Positions 1 to 11,449 of a DNA stretch of 64,000 bases are shown here, piece by piece. The stretch's first letter is position 1. Each line of letters starts with the position of its first letter. Source of the DNA: Dipteris shenzhenensis (taxonomy: Eukaryota); assembly GCA_047967505.1 (NCBI GenBank), contig CM106538.1. One strand, given 5' to 3'. Made by a program: the position numbers and the translations under genes. The notes beneath the pieces are model-generated. The model saw nothing but the letters and a program-made list of their open reading frames with translations. It had not been told where the DNA came from and ran no database searches.

Positions 1-520
1 TCAGTATGTCACTAAGTCGGCTGAACATCATATTAGGGAATTCGGAAAATCCAAAGTCCCATTTTGCAAAGATCTTAAAATGGGGGCACGATGAACCCTT
101 TTAAGCTTTTGTCAAATCCCCCTCATGTAACATATAATTGGAAACCTCTTGAAGAGTAGATTCTAAAGGAACAAACTTTGCCAAATTTGAAGTTTTGATG
201 TAACTCAAGATACAACAGTAACTAGATTGAAAAGAAAAGTCCCAAAGTATTGGGATTTTCCCAAACTTTCTAATATGGTGTCACTGAAGCTATCGCCCTC
301 CCCGCTGCAAATGGTAAGGCAGTTTCAAATTTCATATTTGAACGTATCTGCACAAGGTTTGGGACACCCATGGAAATTGTCTCTGACCACAGGAGTCCAT
401 TCTTAAATGAAGTAGTGGAGTTACTCATGGATCGCATGGGTATTGATCATCGCACTTCTAGCATCTATTATCCAGCACCCATGGGTCAAACAGAGCAGAC
501 CAATGGCCTCCTTTGTAAAA
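1..520 (+). pseudogene. Ty3/gypsy-type integrase (rve) core fragment, interrupted by a MITE and truncated by a TIR element
   Basis: Reads YVTKSAE (5-25), then TEAIALP..SNFIFERICTRFGTPMEIVSDHRSPF..YYPAPMGQTEQTNGLLCK (283-520). This matches the gypsy integrase pattern DY.TKW.EA...FG.P..I.SD.G..F...YHPQ.NG..E..N. Confidence 0.85.
26..280. mobile_element. MITE-like non-autonomous element (~255 bp)
   Basis: Imperfect ~28-bp TIR: CATCATATTAGGGAATTCGGAAAATCC versus the reverse complement of the end, CACCATATTAGAAAGTTTGGGAAAATCC. The flanks cggCTGAA and tcaCTGAA look like a decayed TSD. Removing the element restores the integrase sequence. Confidence 0.7.
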
Positions 521-522
521 CC

Positions 523-800
523 AACACCTATTTCATTAATTTTGGACTAGTGCACTGTCCAAATTCATTTTGTGAGATAATTTTGGATAAAGCATTTTAA
601 AAAAAGAGGCTCTTATAAAACAAAACTTTGAGTCAAAAAGTAAGATTTTAAAAAATCAAATTAGAAAAAATGACGTGATATGTTATTAAAACTAGAGTAC
701 ATTAAAAAAAGAGGACTTCATGTTGTTAAAAGAGAAAAAGTAAGATTTTAAAAAATCAAATTAGAAAAAAAAATAGAGTACATTTAAAAAAAAGCGTGAC
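523..800. repeat. Long terminal sequence, inverted partner of 8850-9128
   Basis: 523 aacacctatttcattaattttggactagtgcactgtccaaattcattttgtgagataattttggataa matches the reverse complement of 9061-9128. The similarity continues through the repeated aaaaatcaaattagaaaaaa and ctagagtacatt blocks. Confidence 0.9.
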
Positions 801-1056
801 ACATTTGTACAAGAAGTAGATCATATAACTCAAAGCCATATGGTGTTAAAAAACACCTTCCATTAGAAGATGTCATCTTTGTCTCTCTTGTCTATTACAA
901 CTTTACATTAGAGAACTAAAAAGTCTTTGTGGAACTGTAGTTTCATTTCTTGTCTATTACAGTTACTTTAGAAAACACATAAGTCTATGGAATTAAATTT
1001 CACAGTTACTTTAAATTTCTATGGAATTAAATTTCCATCACTTGACTATTAAGTCA

Positions 1057-1513
1057 TTAGAGAGAGCATATGTCCTCAAAAGTGTCTACTATGGCATTGG
1101 CTTCATGAAAATAAGCAAACTTTAAGCTTGCACGCCATGTGTAACCAAGGCTGGCATGGCAAATCTCCTCACAGACTCTCCTCACAACTTGTTTCGAATC
1201 TTCCGCAGACTTGTAAGCATTCATCAACTCTTCTTTTCCCTCTTGGCTTTCCTCATCTTCACCATTTTTTTCAATACAGCTTCTAGCCACCGCCATATCC
1301 TATACGAAAATTTAACTTGTTCGCATAAGAAGTACGTGATTAAAAGAAGCGAAAAAGAAAGCTAAGGATATTCACCTCTTCTGCTGAGTTCAAATCAAGC
1401 AGCCATGTGCGTAACATATCCTCCTCAAATGATTTTCCCTTCATTGGTCCATACAAAAGAGATCTAAGACAGAATTTAAGTTCAGTAAATGAAGTCGGGT
1501 AGTAACTAGTCAT
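1057..1513 (-). pseudogene. Small unknown transposon-borne ORF (frameshifted)
   Basis: ORFs 1340-1636 (from the ATG at 1513, MTSYYPTSF..) and 1057-1296 are collinear and protein-like in composition. They lie between the Ulp1 gene and the terminus. No family recognised. Confidence 0.3.
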
Positions 1514-1965
1514 TGTCTTAGAGGGAAAGTGGGAGAAGGAGACTGAGGGAGCGATAGCGAGGGATGCATAGTGAGCTACCCCTCCTTCAAGAGTGATAGA
1601 AAGTGAGGGAAGACGTAAAGTGAAAGATGAATACAAGTTAATCAGAAGGACTAGGATGTAAGAAATAAGAGAGTGTTTGTGGAAGGACTACGATGGAAGA
1701 ATACTCCTCATGCATATATACAAACACAACATCATACATGCATCACAACTCTTCTGATGCTTCTAGTGGAGACTGTGGCAACTCTTCTGATGCTTCCAAT
1801 GGAGGCTGTGGTGCTCTAGATGTACACTCAGTCTCTACTTCTTCTGTAGTATGTAGTGCTTTCGGAGTAGACTCAGTATCCTCTTCCTTAAATGCAAGGC
1901 GGAGGCTGTGGCAACTCTTCTGATGCTTCCAGTGGAGGCTGTGGTGCTGTAGGTGTACACTGAGT

Positions 1966-3560
1966 CTATACTTCTTCTGTAGTGTGCAATGCTTTCACAT
2001 TATACTCAGTCTCCTCTTCCTTAAATGCAAGCTCTGATATTGCTTCAGTTGCATGTTGTATTCTAATGGCAGCAATCAGGTCTCGAATGATTTCAGCCCT
2101 AAACAATTGTATATCCTCCTCTGAATATTTGAGCTCCAAAGAGTCTTCCGATGAGATCTGTGGCTTAAGTGAGAAAATTTCTTTGAAAATCAACATGTAG
2201 TTGTAGGCAACTCTCCACCCACAACTATGCCCATCTTCTTGCTCTACTACTAAATGCTTTTGGAAGTCTAGCGAGTATTTGTACTATCTGGTTTCTCTGA
2301 TAGCAGATACTAACTTCTCAATTGACCTGATCATCATGACATACTAAAAAAGCTTAGTGTGTCTATTACATAAGGTACATAATATCGAAGTGACAACAGA
2401 TTAATAGAATACCTACATTTGCACTGAGCCATGAAAGCCTGCAATCAAGTTAACAAACCAACAATAGTTGTCTTCAAGGTCCCAAACCACCAGACTCCAA
2501 TGTTCCCTACATGAATAATTAAGAACCATTATTATTTAACACAATGTTGCCAATATAAGATGAAAATAAAGGTTTCCATGATACATCTCGTGATATGCCA
2601 TAAATAGGACTCGCACGCCATGTAAATGTAAAGGCTATAACCATTTACAAACATCGGCTATCATCTTTCTGCTATCGCTAAGTATAGGAGAAAGGAGGGA
2701 ATCCAACATATACACACGGTTTTGTACGGCTCTACCAAATCGTGAGATAACTATACTACACCAACAAATAAATGAATATTAGCTTATTAGATTTAATCAA
2801 AATATTGAATTATCAAGCAGAGAAAAAGTTTGTATCAAACCTGAGAATGGCCATCATAATGTTGTTATTGAACTCATTTGAAGCTCTATAAAGGATTAAA
2901 ATCTCGTCTCCCCCAAATTCAAGATACTGAGGTCTATGTTGAATCATAACCCTAACATTAAAAGATCTTCCCAATTCTTCCAATGAAGCCATGTTTGTAG
3001 AGTTGAGGTCTTCTATCCCCTTTGACTCTTTGATGGCATTCATTTGACACTCCTTTGAGCCATTATCTATTTGCCTTGTGGGAGGGTCCATAATGTCGCC
3101 CTTAATGATTGCTTGAATGGTACATGTTATAAATGCATAGAGATGCAAATCCGTATATGTTGACAGTGTGGTGTCATTTTGTATCTCAAAAATTTGACCA
3201 AGTACCAAAAAGCAATTGTAGCCCACCCTCCATCCATAATTATAGATGTGGCTATTCTCTTGATGTGATACCTGACATGTTATATACTCTATTTGTTGTG
3301 CCAAGTCACATTGCACATTACTGTGTCGATAGCACCTACTAACTTTCGAGCTAATCTGCACATCAAAACATATAACAATAGTGAATATGTGCATTGCATA
3401 TCAATCTACATGTCAAGAAGTGACAACAAGTGTAGTCTATACTTACTCTAACATAGTGCCATGGACGGATGTCATTGAGTTGGCAAAGAAGCACTTCTTA
3501 GCAAAGATGTCCACGACTACTAGACTCCAATGTGAGCTGCATTATCAATAAAGAATAATT
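1966..3560 (-). pseudogene. Ulp1-like (peptidase C48) protease gene with two tandem catalytic domains, intron-containing
   Basis: Domain 1 has SHWSLVVVDIFAKKCFFANSM (~3535-3475) and QENSHIYNYGWRVGYN. Domain 2 has EHWSLVVWDLEDNYCWFVNL (~2505-2445) and QEDGHSCGWRVAYN..YSEEDIQLFRAEI. These match the C48 HW.L...D and Q....CG motifs. Confidence 0.75.
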
Positions 3561-3643
3561 ACTGTGTTTGAGACAATTCTAGTAATGCAATAGAAAAAAC
3601 AAGTAGGGTTTGATGCTTACTACTCATAATATGCTGTAAAAAT

Positions 3644-3941
3644 TGTTGAGATATCAAGCTCTACCCCCGATACATCTCCTGGATGACTATCATTTATGTC
3701 ACCGCCTATGTTAGTTGTACTCGTGGTGTAGTTAGACTACCACGTATGTTTTTGGTTTGGGTTCACATATGAACCACGTATTCTAGGTTTTGACATATAG
3801 GGTATTTCCCTCTTCTATTGTATTGTTGTTGTGTGCAAAAGTGAAGAAAGGCTTCACCCTCCAACCTTGTGTCCTCTCTCTCTTGTGTGTTGTGAAGAAA
3901 GGTGAACTTGAGTCTCCTATCTCTCTCCCTTATTCTTTACA
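3644..3941 (+). repeat. 5' LTR of copia element
   Basis: Starts TGTTGAGATATC (same as 58980) and ends CA immediately before the tRNA-iMet PBS. Confidence 0.8.
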
Positions 3942-4488
3942 TGGTATTAGAGCCTTGTTCGTGGTAAGGAGCTCAAGAAAGAAAGCCAAGTTTGTGGTGT
4001 CCTGGTAAGAGGACCAGTGTTGCTTTCCTATTTCGAGTTTGGGAGCAAATCTCTGCAAGTAGCACAGCCAGAAGTGCAGGAGTGCACTGCTTCAGATTGA
4101 GAGGCCCTTCGCGGTGCGGCGAGAGCGCAGTATATGCTCTATTTCTGATTTGAGGCCATTTCGGGGCCCGTTTTGAAGGCGGAAGTTCTTCGCAGGCACT
4201 CAGGAAAAGGCCCTGTTTTTGCTGTGCGACCACCGCGCGGCTAGTCGGTGGAAAGGTGCCACAGAAATTGCATCGTATGCCTATGTGCAGAGATATTGGG
4301 AGTTGCAGATTCATGCCTGTTGCCTGTTGATGCAAAATCGTCACGAGGAAGTGACTGTGTGGGGAAATACCACTTTCGTCAGTGTTGCAGATCTGCCCCT
4401 GTGAGGCTCTTTGCAGAAGTTTTGCTATTTGCCCTTCTGAGGCATTTGCTGTGTTTACAGGTTGCTGTTGCAATTTGTGATTTGTAAA

Positions 4489-6048
4489 ATGTCTGAGAAT
4501 CTGTCTACCATTGTCAGTGAGAAGCTTGACAAGAACAACTTCCAAGCATGGAAGTTCAGGATGACAAACTTCTTTATGGGAAAGGGAGTTTGGGATTACA
4601 TCAGTGGTGAAACTGCAGAACCAGTTTTGGGTGCTGCTCCCACTCCTGCTGAATTGAAGGCCTTTAAAGAATGGCATGAAAAAGCCAGAAAATGCCTGTA
4701 TTGGCTGTCCGTTAGCATTTCAGATTCTATGATTGTGCATATACAGGATCTAGAGACGCCTAAGGAGGCATGGGATACATTGGTGAAGCTGTATAGCACA
4801 AATACCAAAGCACGAAAGATGCAGCTAAAGCAGGAGTTGCACAATGTGCAAAGGAAAAATATGAATATAAATGAGTATTCCTTGAAGGTGAAAGGCCTTG
4901 CAGATTCTCTTGCCTCCATTGGAGCACCTGTTGATGATGAGGACTTAGTGTCCGTGACCTTGAATGGTCTTGGGAAAGATTATGCACAATTTCGGACATC
5001 CATTGGAGTCCGTGAAACATTTCCTGATTTTCAGGAACTTATTGCTCTCTTGCTGAGTGAAGAGCAAAGGAATGGTGGTTCAGCCACCTCAACTTCTCAA
5101 GAGACTGCTTTCTACTCGAATACAGGTAGAGGCAGGGGTAGAGGAAGAGGCTGTTCTGGTGGCCGTGCAGGAAATCAGAACCAACAGCAACAACAGGAAA
5201 ACCAGTCCTATGGAGGAGGACGTGGAAGTTCTAGAGGCAGGGGGAGCCAAAGAGGCCGTGGTTCATGGCAAAGGAACCAGCAAGTAAATAGCAGCACAGA
5301 ATGCTATTATTGTGGAAAGCCTGGACACAAGGAGAATACATGCTATAAAAAGCAGAATGACATCAAAAGTGGGAAGTTGCAGCAAAGCAACTATGCATCA
5401 TCAAGTGGGCATGGTGACGACAGAAATGAGCACCTTTTTGTGATGCAGCATATGGTTAACTCCATGTCAGGAGATGCTGCAGCTTGCAATGATGTTTGGT
5501 ATGTTGATTCAGGTGCCTCTAACCACATGACCAGTCATGGTGAGTGGTTTCATGATGTTAGAAATTTGGATAAGCCAGGTTATGTTGAAACAGGTGATGA
5601 TACTGCGCACCCAATTACGCAGGTTGGTAAAGTGCCATTGGCTATGCAGGATGGCAAAACGAAGTACTTGGCAGATGTACTTCATGTTCCAAAAATCACT
5701 AAGAACCTGGTTTCAGTTGGCCAGATGGTTGAGCAAGGTCTGCAGGTTAGATTTAATCCTGATGGATGCTTTGTTGAGGACCTGAAAAATAAGTGCCGCT
5801 TGGTTGCAAAAGGCAACAAAAATGGTAGAATGTTCACCTTGGATGTTGATATGCCTGAGGTGAAAGCTGCTATGTTTGCGCATGGGAGAGGTGTCATTGC
5901 AGATATTGAGATATGGCACAAGCGCATTGGGCACGTGAATATACAAAGGCTAAAATCTATGCAAACAAAAAACATTGTTGCAGGTTTGCCTAAATTCAGA
6001 GTTGAGGGAATGCAAAAGGTATGTGAAGCATGCCAAATGGGTAAGTAG
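4489..6048 (+). CDS. Copia gag-protease-(pre-integrase) polyprotein, ending at a premature TAG
   Basis: ORF 4462-6048, first ATG at 4489. It contains UBN2-type gag, a zinc knuckle and the DSGA protease motif. The reading frame continues ARHAF..LEVIHSDVWT after the stop. Confidence 0.88.
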   Translation: MSENLSTIVSEKLDKNNFQAWKFRMTNFFMGKGVWDYISGETAEPVLGAAPTPAELKAFKEWHEKARKCLYWLSVSISDSMIVHIQDLETPKEAWDTLVKLYSTNTKARKMQLKQELHNVQRKNMNINEYSLKVKGLADSLASIGAPVDDEDLVSVTLNGLGKDYAQFRTSIGVRETFPDFQELIALLLSEEQRNGGSATSTSQETAFYSNTGRGRGRGRGCSGGRAGNQNQQQQQENQSYGGGRGSSRGRGSQRGRGSWQRNQQVNSSTECYYCGKPGHKENTCYKKQNDIKSGKLQQSNYASSSGHGDDRNEHLFVMQHMVNSMSGDAAACNDVWYVDSGASNHMTSHGEWFHDVRNLDKPGYVETGDDTAHPITQVGKVPLAMQDGKTKYLADVLHVPKITKNLVSVGQMVEQGLQVRFNPDGCFVEDLKNKCRLVAKGNKNGRMFTLDVDMPEVKAAMFAHGRGVIADIEIWHKRIGHVNIQRLKSMQTKNIVAGLPKFRVEGMQKVCEACQMGK

Positions 6049-6959
6049 GCCAGACATGCATTTCCCAAAAATGCTAAGGTGAGCAGAAGACCTTTGGAAG
6101 TGATCCATTCAGATGTTTGGACAACCAAAGCTGCATATTGTTGGTTTGTTAACTTGATTGTAGGCTTCCATGGCTCAGTGCAAACGTAAGTATTCTATTA
6201 ATCTGTTGTTACTTCTATATTATGTACCTTATGTAATAGACACACTAAGTTTTTTTAATATGTCATGATGAGCAGGTCGATTGAGAAGTTGGTATCTGCT
6301 ATCAGAGAAACAAGATAGTACAAAGACTCGGTAGACTTCCAAAAGCATTTAGTAGTAGAGCAAGAAGATGGGCATAGTTGTGGGTGGAGACTTGCCTACA
6401 ATTGCATGTTGATTTTCAAAGAAATTTTCTCACTTAAGCCACACATCTCATCGGAAGACCCTTTGGAGCTCAAATATTCAGAGGAGGATATACAATTGTT
6501 TAGGGCTGAAATCATTCGAGACCTACTTGCTACCATTAGAATACAATGTGCAACTGAAGCAATATCAGAGCTTGCATTTAAGGAAGAGGAGACTGAGTCT
6601 ACTGTGAAAGCGCTGCACACTATAGAAGAAGTAGAGACTCAGTGTACACCTACAGCACCACAGCCTCCACTGGAACATCAGAAGAGTTGCCACAGCCTCC
6701 GCTTGCATTTAAGGAAGAGGATATTGAGTCTACTCCGAAAGCACTACATACTATAGAAAGAAGTAGAGACTGAGTGTACATCTAGAGCACCACAGCCTCC
6801 ATTGGAAGCATCAGAAGAGTTTCCACAGTCTCCATTAGAAGCATCAAAAGAGTTGTGATGCATGTATGATGTTGTGTTTGTAGTTTTTGTTGATTATACA
6901 ACAATTTGTGACTTATTACTTAAGTGGCATTTACTGATGATATTTATATAATTATTTCA

Positions 6960-8110
6960 TGCACATAATTTTATGATATGAATGTGTGATGATGTGATTA
7001 TTTGGAAATAAATCCTTGTGTGATGAGAATTTTGATATGAATATGTGATGATGTGATATTTGTAATATATTTCTTTATGCACACAATTTTTTGATATAAA
7101 TATGTGATGATGTGATTATTTGGAAATAAATCCTTGTGTGATGAGAATTTCGATATGAATATGTGATGATGTAATATTTGTAATATATTTCAGTTGCAAG
7201 TATCAATTCCCAATGCTCCACTCAAAGTACAGCATTCCCATTGCTCTACAAAATTTTATTCAGTTGGACAGTCTCCACTCACTTAAAGTAGAGCATTCCC
7301 AATGCTTCTCTCACTTTATTCCAACCCTTATCCTTATCATAGCGAACACATCATGCCTTAGTGCACTTGTATTCTTCCATCCTAGTCTCCACTCACTTAA
7401 AGTAGAGCATTCCCAATGCTTCTCTCACTTTATTCCAACCCTTATCCTTATCATAGCAAACACATCGTGCCTTAGTGCACTTGTATTCTTCCATCCTAGT
7501 CCTTCCACAAACACTCTCTTATTTCTTACATCCTAGTCCTTCTGATTAACTTGTATTCGTCTTTCACTTTACATCTTCCCTCACTTTCTATCCCTTCAAG
7601 ACACTCTCTTATTTCTTACATCCTAGTCCTTCTAATTAACTTGTATTCGTCTTATCGCTCTCTCTCTCTCTCACTTGTAATATATTTCACTCGCAAGTAT
7701 CAATTCCCAATGCTCCACTCACTTAAAGTACAACATTCCCAATGCTCTGCAAAATTTTATTCAGTTGGACAATCTCCACTCACTTAAAGTAGAGCATTAC
7801 CAATGCTTCTCTCACTTTATTCCAACCCTTGTCCTTATCATAGTGAACACATCCTACCTTAGTGCACTTGTATTCTTCCATCCTAGTCCTTCCACAAACA
7901 CTCTCTTATTTCTTACATCCTAGTCCTTCTCAGTAACTTGTATTCTTCTATTGTAGTCCTTCCACAAACACTCTCTTCTTTCATCCATCCTGATAACTTG
8001 TATTCTTCTATCCTAGTTCTTCCACAAACACTCTCTTCTTTCATCCATCCTAGTGCTTCTCATTAACTTGTATTCTTCCATCCTAGTCCTTCCATAAACA
8101 CTCTCTTCTT
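6960..8110. repeat. Tandem minisatellite arrays
   Basis: A ~115-bp unit (..gatatgaatatgtgatgatgtgat..) occurs twice at 6960-7190, followed by multiple catcctagtcc/ttgtattc/cactctctt units at 7190-8110. Confidence 0.8.
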
Positions 8111-8155
8111 TCTTCCATCGTAGTCCATCTCCCTTTCTTTATCATCTCCCCACCC

Positions 8156-8608
8156 ATGGATGTCCTTGGCATTATCGAAGATGTGCAGTTCAGAATTAAC
8201 AGTCTCAAAGAATGGATTGTTGACCAAGGAGCACAGAGAGAGGCCAGAATTTGACAAGGTTCTCCTTTGATACACATGGAGAGAGAGGAATTTGATGCAC
8301 AAAGGCACGTAGAGAGGGAGGAGACTCTCAAGATAGCAGAGAGTGAAAGACTTTTAAGACGTATGATAAAAGCACGACAAGATCTCTTAGACTTCTTAAG
8401 TAACCTTTGTTATCGTAGCTCTCGTCATGGGCAATTTGATGCGGATGCTGAGAGAACAATAAGAGCCTCACAGAGAAATTATAAAGAAACAATTTGTGAT
8501 TGCTTAAATTTCTTCTTTGCATGTAATTATGTTGAGGATACAACTGTGGAGGCAGTGAAAGATTGGGTTATTGAGAAGATAAGAGAGACTAATGATGAGA
8601 TCTTCTAG
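8156..8608 (+). pseudogene. Small unknown transposon-borne ORF with a duplicated 3' end
   Basis: ATG at 8156 with one internal stop, continuing in frame into ORF 8267-8608 (charged, coiled-coil-like). 8507-8625 is repeated at ~8632-8750. Confidence 0.3.
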
Positions 8609-9130
8609 ACTTTGGGTGATTAAGAAGCAGCAATTTCTTCTTTGCATGTAATTATGTTGAGGATATAGCTGTGGAGGCAGTGAAAGATTGGGTTATTGAG
8701 AAGATAAGAGAGACCAATGATGAGATCTTCTAGACTTTGGGTGATTAAGAAGATAAGAGAGACTATATTAAGGTGTTTTTTGACACCATATGGCTTTGAG
8801 TTATATGATCTACTTCTTGTACAAATGTGATAAGCTCTTTCTGAAATGTACTCTAGTTTTAATAACATGTCACGCCATTTTTTCTAATTTGATTTTTTAA
8901 AATCTTACTTTTTGTCTCTTTTTACAATGTGATGTCCTCTATTTTTAATGTACTCTAGTTTTAATAACATCTCACGCGTCATTTTTCTAATTTGATTTTT
9001 TAAAATATTCCTTTTTGACTCAATGTTTTGTTTTATAAGAGCCTCTTTTTTTTAAATGTTTTATCCAAAATTATCTCACAAAATAAATTTGGACAATGCA
9101 CGAGTCCAAAATTAATGAAATAGGTGTTCG

Positions 9131-9997
9131 TTGCTTTCGGGAGGACAAGTTTTCCCGAAGCATGCACTTAGGGCCACAAACGAGACATCCTATTCATAGC
9201 ATGCAATTCTTCTCGCACTCCTCTCGAGTCTTTGGAACCAACCAAGTGTGCCCAAATAGTAGCCCCCACATTCTTGAAGATATGCATGGGATCCAAGAGA
9301 TGATTGATTTGTAACTGACCCCAATAAGGAAGCTCCTGAAAGATCGATAGCCTCTTCATACCAGGAGGATGTTTCTCTCCATTTGCCCTCCAAGATTGAA
9401 TCCAATCACTTGCCTTCAAATATGATGGTGGTGGATCAAGTTGACCTTCACGTGCGAGATGGTCCAGCGGAAGGTATCGAGCATGACCTTCATAAACATT
9501 TTTCCTCATATGTTTGGAGTATTGTGCAAGCGATTTCAAACCCGGTCCATAAACAGGACAAGCATGGTACCCACTTGTAACAAGTCCTGCACGCATGCAT
9601 GAATGTGTTAGTATAAGACATGCATGCGAAAGAGAGTCATAAAAGCATAATCCTATATTATACTTGTAGAGACACAACCACATACTTGCGCACTCTCCAT
9701 ATCCTGGGTAGTCATGCATGGTCCACATCAAGATACCCCTGACCAAAATATCATTGGTATGTCTAGGAGCTCTGGAAATATCAAAGACCCACACTCCTCT
9801 CCATAATATCTGTAACTCCTCTATCAAAGGTGCCATGTACACGTCCATATTTTTTGCCTTGTACTTCCCTAGCACAAGTAGTGCAAGCATGAGGTGTCCC
9901 TTTTTTATTGTTAGCCATGGTGGGATATTGTAATTCACCATGACTATGGGCCATGTCGACCAAGGTGTCGAGCGTAATCCGAAAGGATTCCCTCTTT
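9131..9997 (-). pseudogene. En/Spm transposase (TnpD/Transposase_21-type) fragment
   Basis: NPFG..STWPIVMVNYNIPPW..DVYMAPLIEEL..LMWTMHDYPGYG..GYHACP..FQELPYW..HLLDPMHIFKNV. Confidence 0.9.
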
Positions 9998-11402
9998 TTC
10001 TCTCTTTCCCCCCCTCTTTCCCCTCTTCCAATCTCTTTCCCCTCTTTCATGCTCATGCATAAGCATAAGCATAAGCATGAGCATATGTCTCCTTCTCTTA
10101 TGCTCATGCATAAGCATAAGCACAAGCATAAGTCTCATTCTCCTATGCTTATGCTTATGCATGAGCATATGTCTCTTTTTCCCTCTTTTCCTTTCGCTCT
10201 TCTTTCTCTTTTCCCCTCTTTTCCCCCCTCTTTCCCCTATTTCATGCTCATGCTCTTATGCTCATGCATAAGCATAAGCATAAGCATGAGCATATGTCTC
10301 CTTCTCTTATGCTCATGCATAAGCATAAGCATGAGCATATGTCTCCTTCTCTTATGCTTATGCTTATGCTTATGCATGAGCATATGTCTCCTTCTCTTAT
10401 GCTTATGCTTATGCTTATGCATGAGCATATGCTCATGCATAAGCATAAGCATAAGCATAAGAGAAGGAGACATATGCTCATGCTTATGCTTATGCATGAG
10501 CATAAGAGAAGGAGACATATGCTCATGCATAAGCATGAGCATATGTCTCTTTTTCCCTCTTTCCTTTCCCTCTTCTTCTCTCTTTCCCCCCCTTTCCCCT
10601 CTTCCAATCTCTCTTTCCTTTCCCTTTTCTTCTCTCTTCCCCTCTTTTTCCCCCTCTTTTCCTTCTTTCATGCTCATGCATAAGCATAAGCATGAGCATA
10701 TGTCTCCTTCTCTTATGCTCATGCTCATGATGCTTATGCTTATGCATGAGCTCATGCTTACGTCTCCTCTTATGCATAAGCATAAGAGTCTCTTATGCAT
10801 AAGCATAAGAGAAGGAGACATATGCTCATGCTTATGCTTATGCATGAGCATATGTCTCCTTCTCCTTCTCCTTCTCCTCTTTTCCTCTTTCCCCTCTTTG
10901 AATCTCTTTTCCTCTTTTCCCCCCTCTTTCCCCTCTTTCATGCTCATGCTGTTACGCTCATGCATAAGCATAAGCATAAGCATGAGCATATGTCTCATTC
11001 TCTTATGCTCATGCATAAGCATAGGCATGAGCATATGTCTCATTCTCTTATGCTTATGCTTATGCTTATGCATGAGCATATGTCTCTTTTTCCCTCTTTC
11101 CTTTCCCTCTTCTCTCTTTCCCCCCCTTCCAATCTCTTTTCCTTTCCCTCTTCTTCCTCTTTTCCTCCCTCTTTTCCCCCCTCTTTCCCCTCTTTCATGC
11201 TCATGCATAAGCATAAGCATATGTCTCTTTCTCTTATGCTCATGCATAAGCATAAGCATGAGCATATGTCTCCCTATTTCAATCTCTTTTTCACTTTCCC
11301 TCCCTCTTTTCCCTCTTTTCCTTCTCTCATGAGCACATCTCATTTTCCTCTTTCGACCATAAGCATATGTATTTGACTATGCCTATGCCTATGCCTATGC
11401 TT
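9998..11402. repeat. Low-complexity array of GCATAA/TTATGC/GCATGA hexamers interleaved with pyrimidine tracts
   Basis: Directly visible. Blocks occur in both orientations. The overlapping long ORFs here are repeat artefacts. Confidence 0.95.
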
Positions 11403-11449
11403 ATGTTTGTTTTTTGTTTTTTCTTTTCATGTTTGTGTCTATGTTAGAC

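Larger units (their letters stand above)
523..3643 (-). mobile_element. DNA transposon remnant A with a long AT-rich terminus and Ulp1-like protease cargo; interrupted by copia at 3644
   Basis: The terminus AACACCTATTTCATTAATTTTGGAC.. is the reverse complement of 9128 leftwards over ~250 bp. The interior encodes Ulp1-like exons that are shared with 6137-6880. Confidence 0.65.
3644..6136 (+). mobile_element. Ty1/copia retrotransposon, 5' part (LTR, PBS, gag, protease, GAG-pre-integrase), 3'-truncated
   Basis: LTR TG..CA at 3644-3941 and PBS TGGTATTAGAGC at 3942-3953. The ORF has a CCHC knuckle (CYYCGKPGHKENTC), WYVDSGASNHM and WHKRIGH..CEAC. Homologous to the element at 58980. Confidence 0.92.
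6137..9128 (+). mobile_element. DNA transposon remnant B (same family as A, opposite orientation): 3' part of Ulp1 gene, tandem repeats, small ORF, terminus
   Basis: 6137-6880 is the reverse complement of ~1720-2467 (QEDGHSCGWRLAYN..). 7500-7590 is the reverse complement of ~1595-1690. The terminus is at 8850-9128. Confidence 0.7.

Noticed and set aside
4005-4460. Possible intron in the copia 5' leader (GTAAG..TTTACAG)
   Set aside because: Splice-like motifs alone are insufficient, and there is no transcript evidence.
6046-6048. TAG at the same codon (GK*) in both related copia copies (also 62202-62204), suggesting programmed readthrough
   Set aside because: The expected residue is Gln (CAG), a CHG methylation hotspot. 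The second copy has several other CAG>TAG changes, so decay explains it.
7190-8110. CRISPR-like repeat array
   Set aside because: The units are degenerate tandem duplications without unique spacers, the context is eukaryotic, and there are no cas genes.
523-9128. Single intact Mutator-like element with long TIRs
   Set aside because: There is no TSD, the flanks are unrelated, no MuDR transposase is visible, and the internal genes are also inverted duplicates.
9953-11376. Long overlapping ORFs of 368-459 aa rich in H/K/M/L/C
   Set aside because: They are translations of a stop-poor hexamer/pyrimidine array, not genes.
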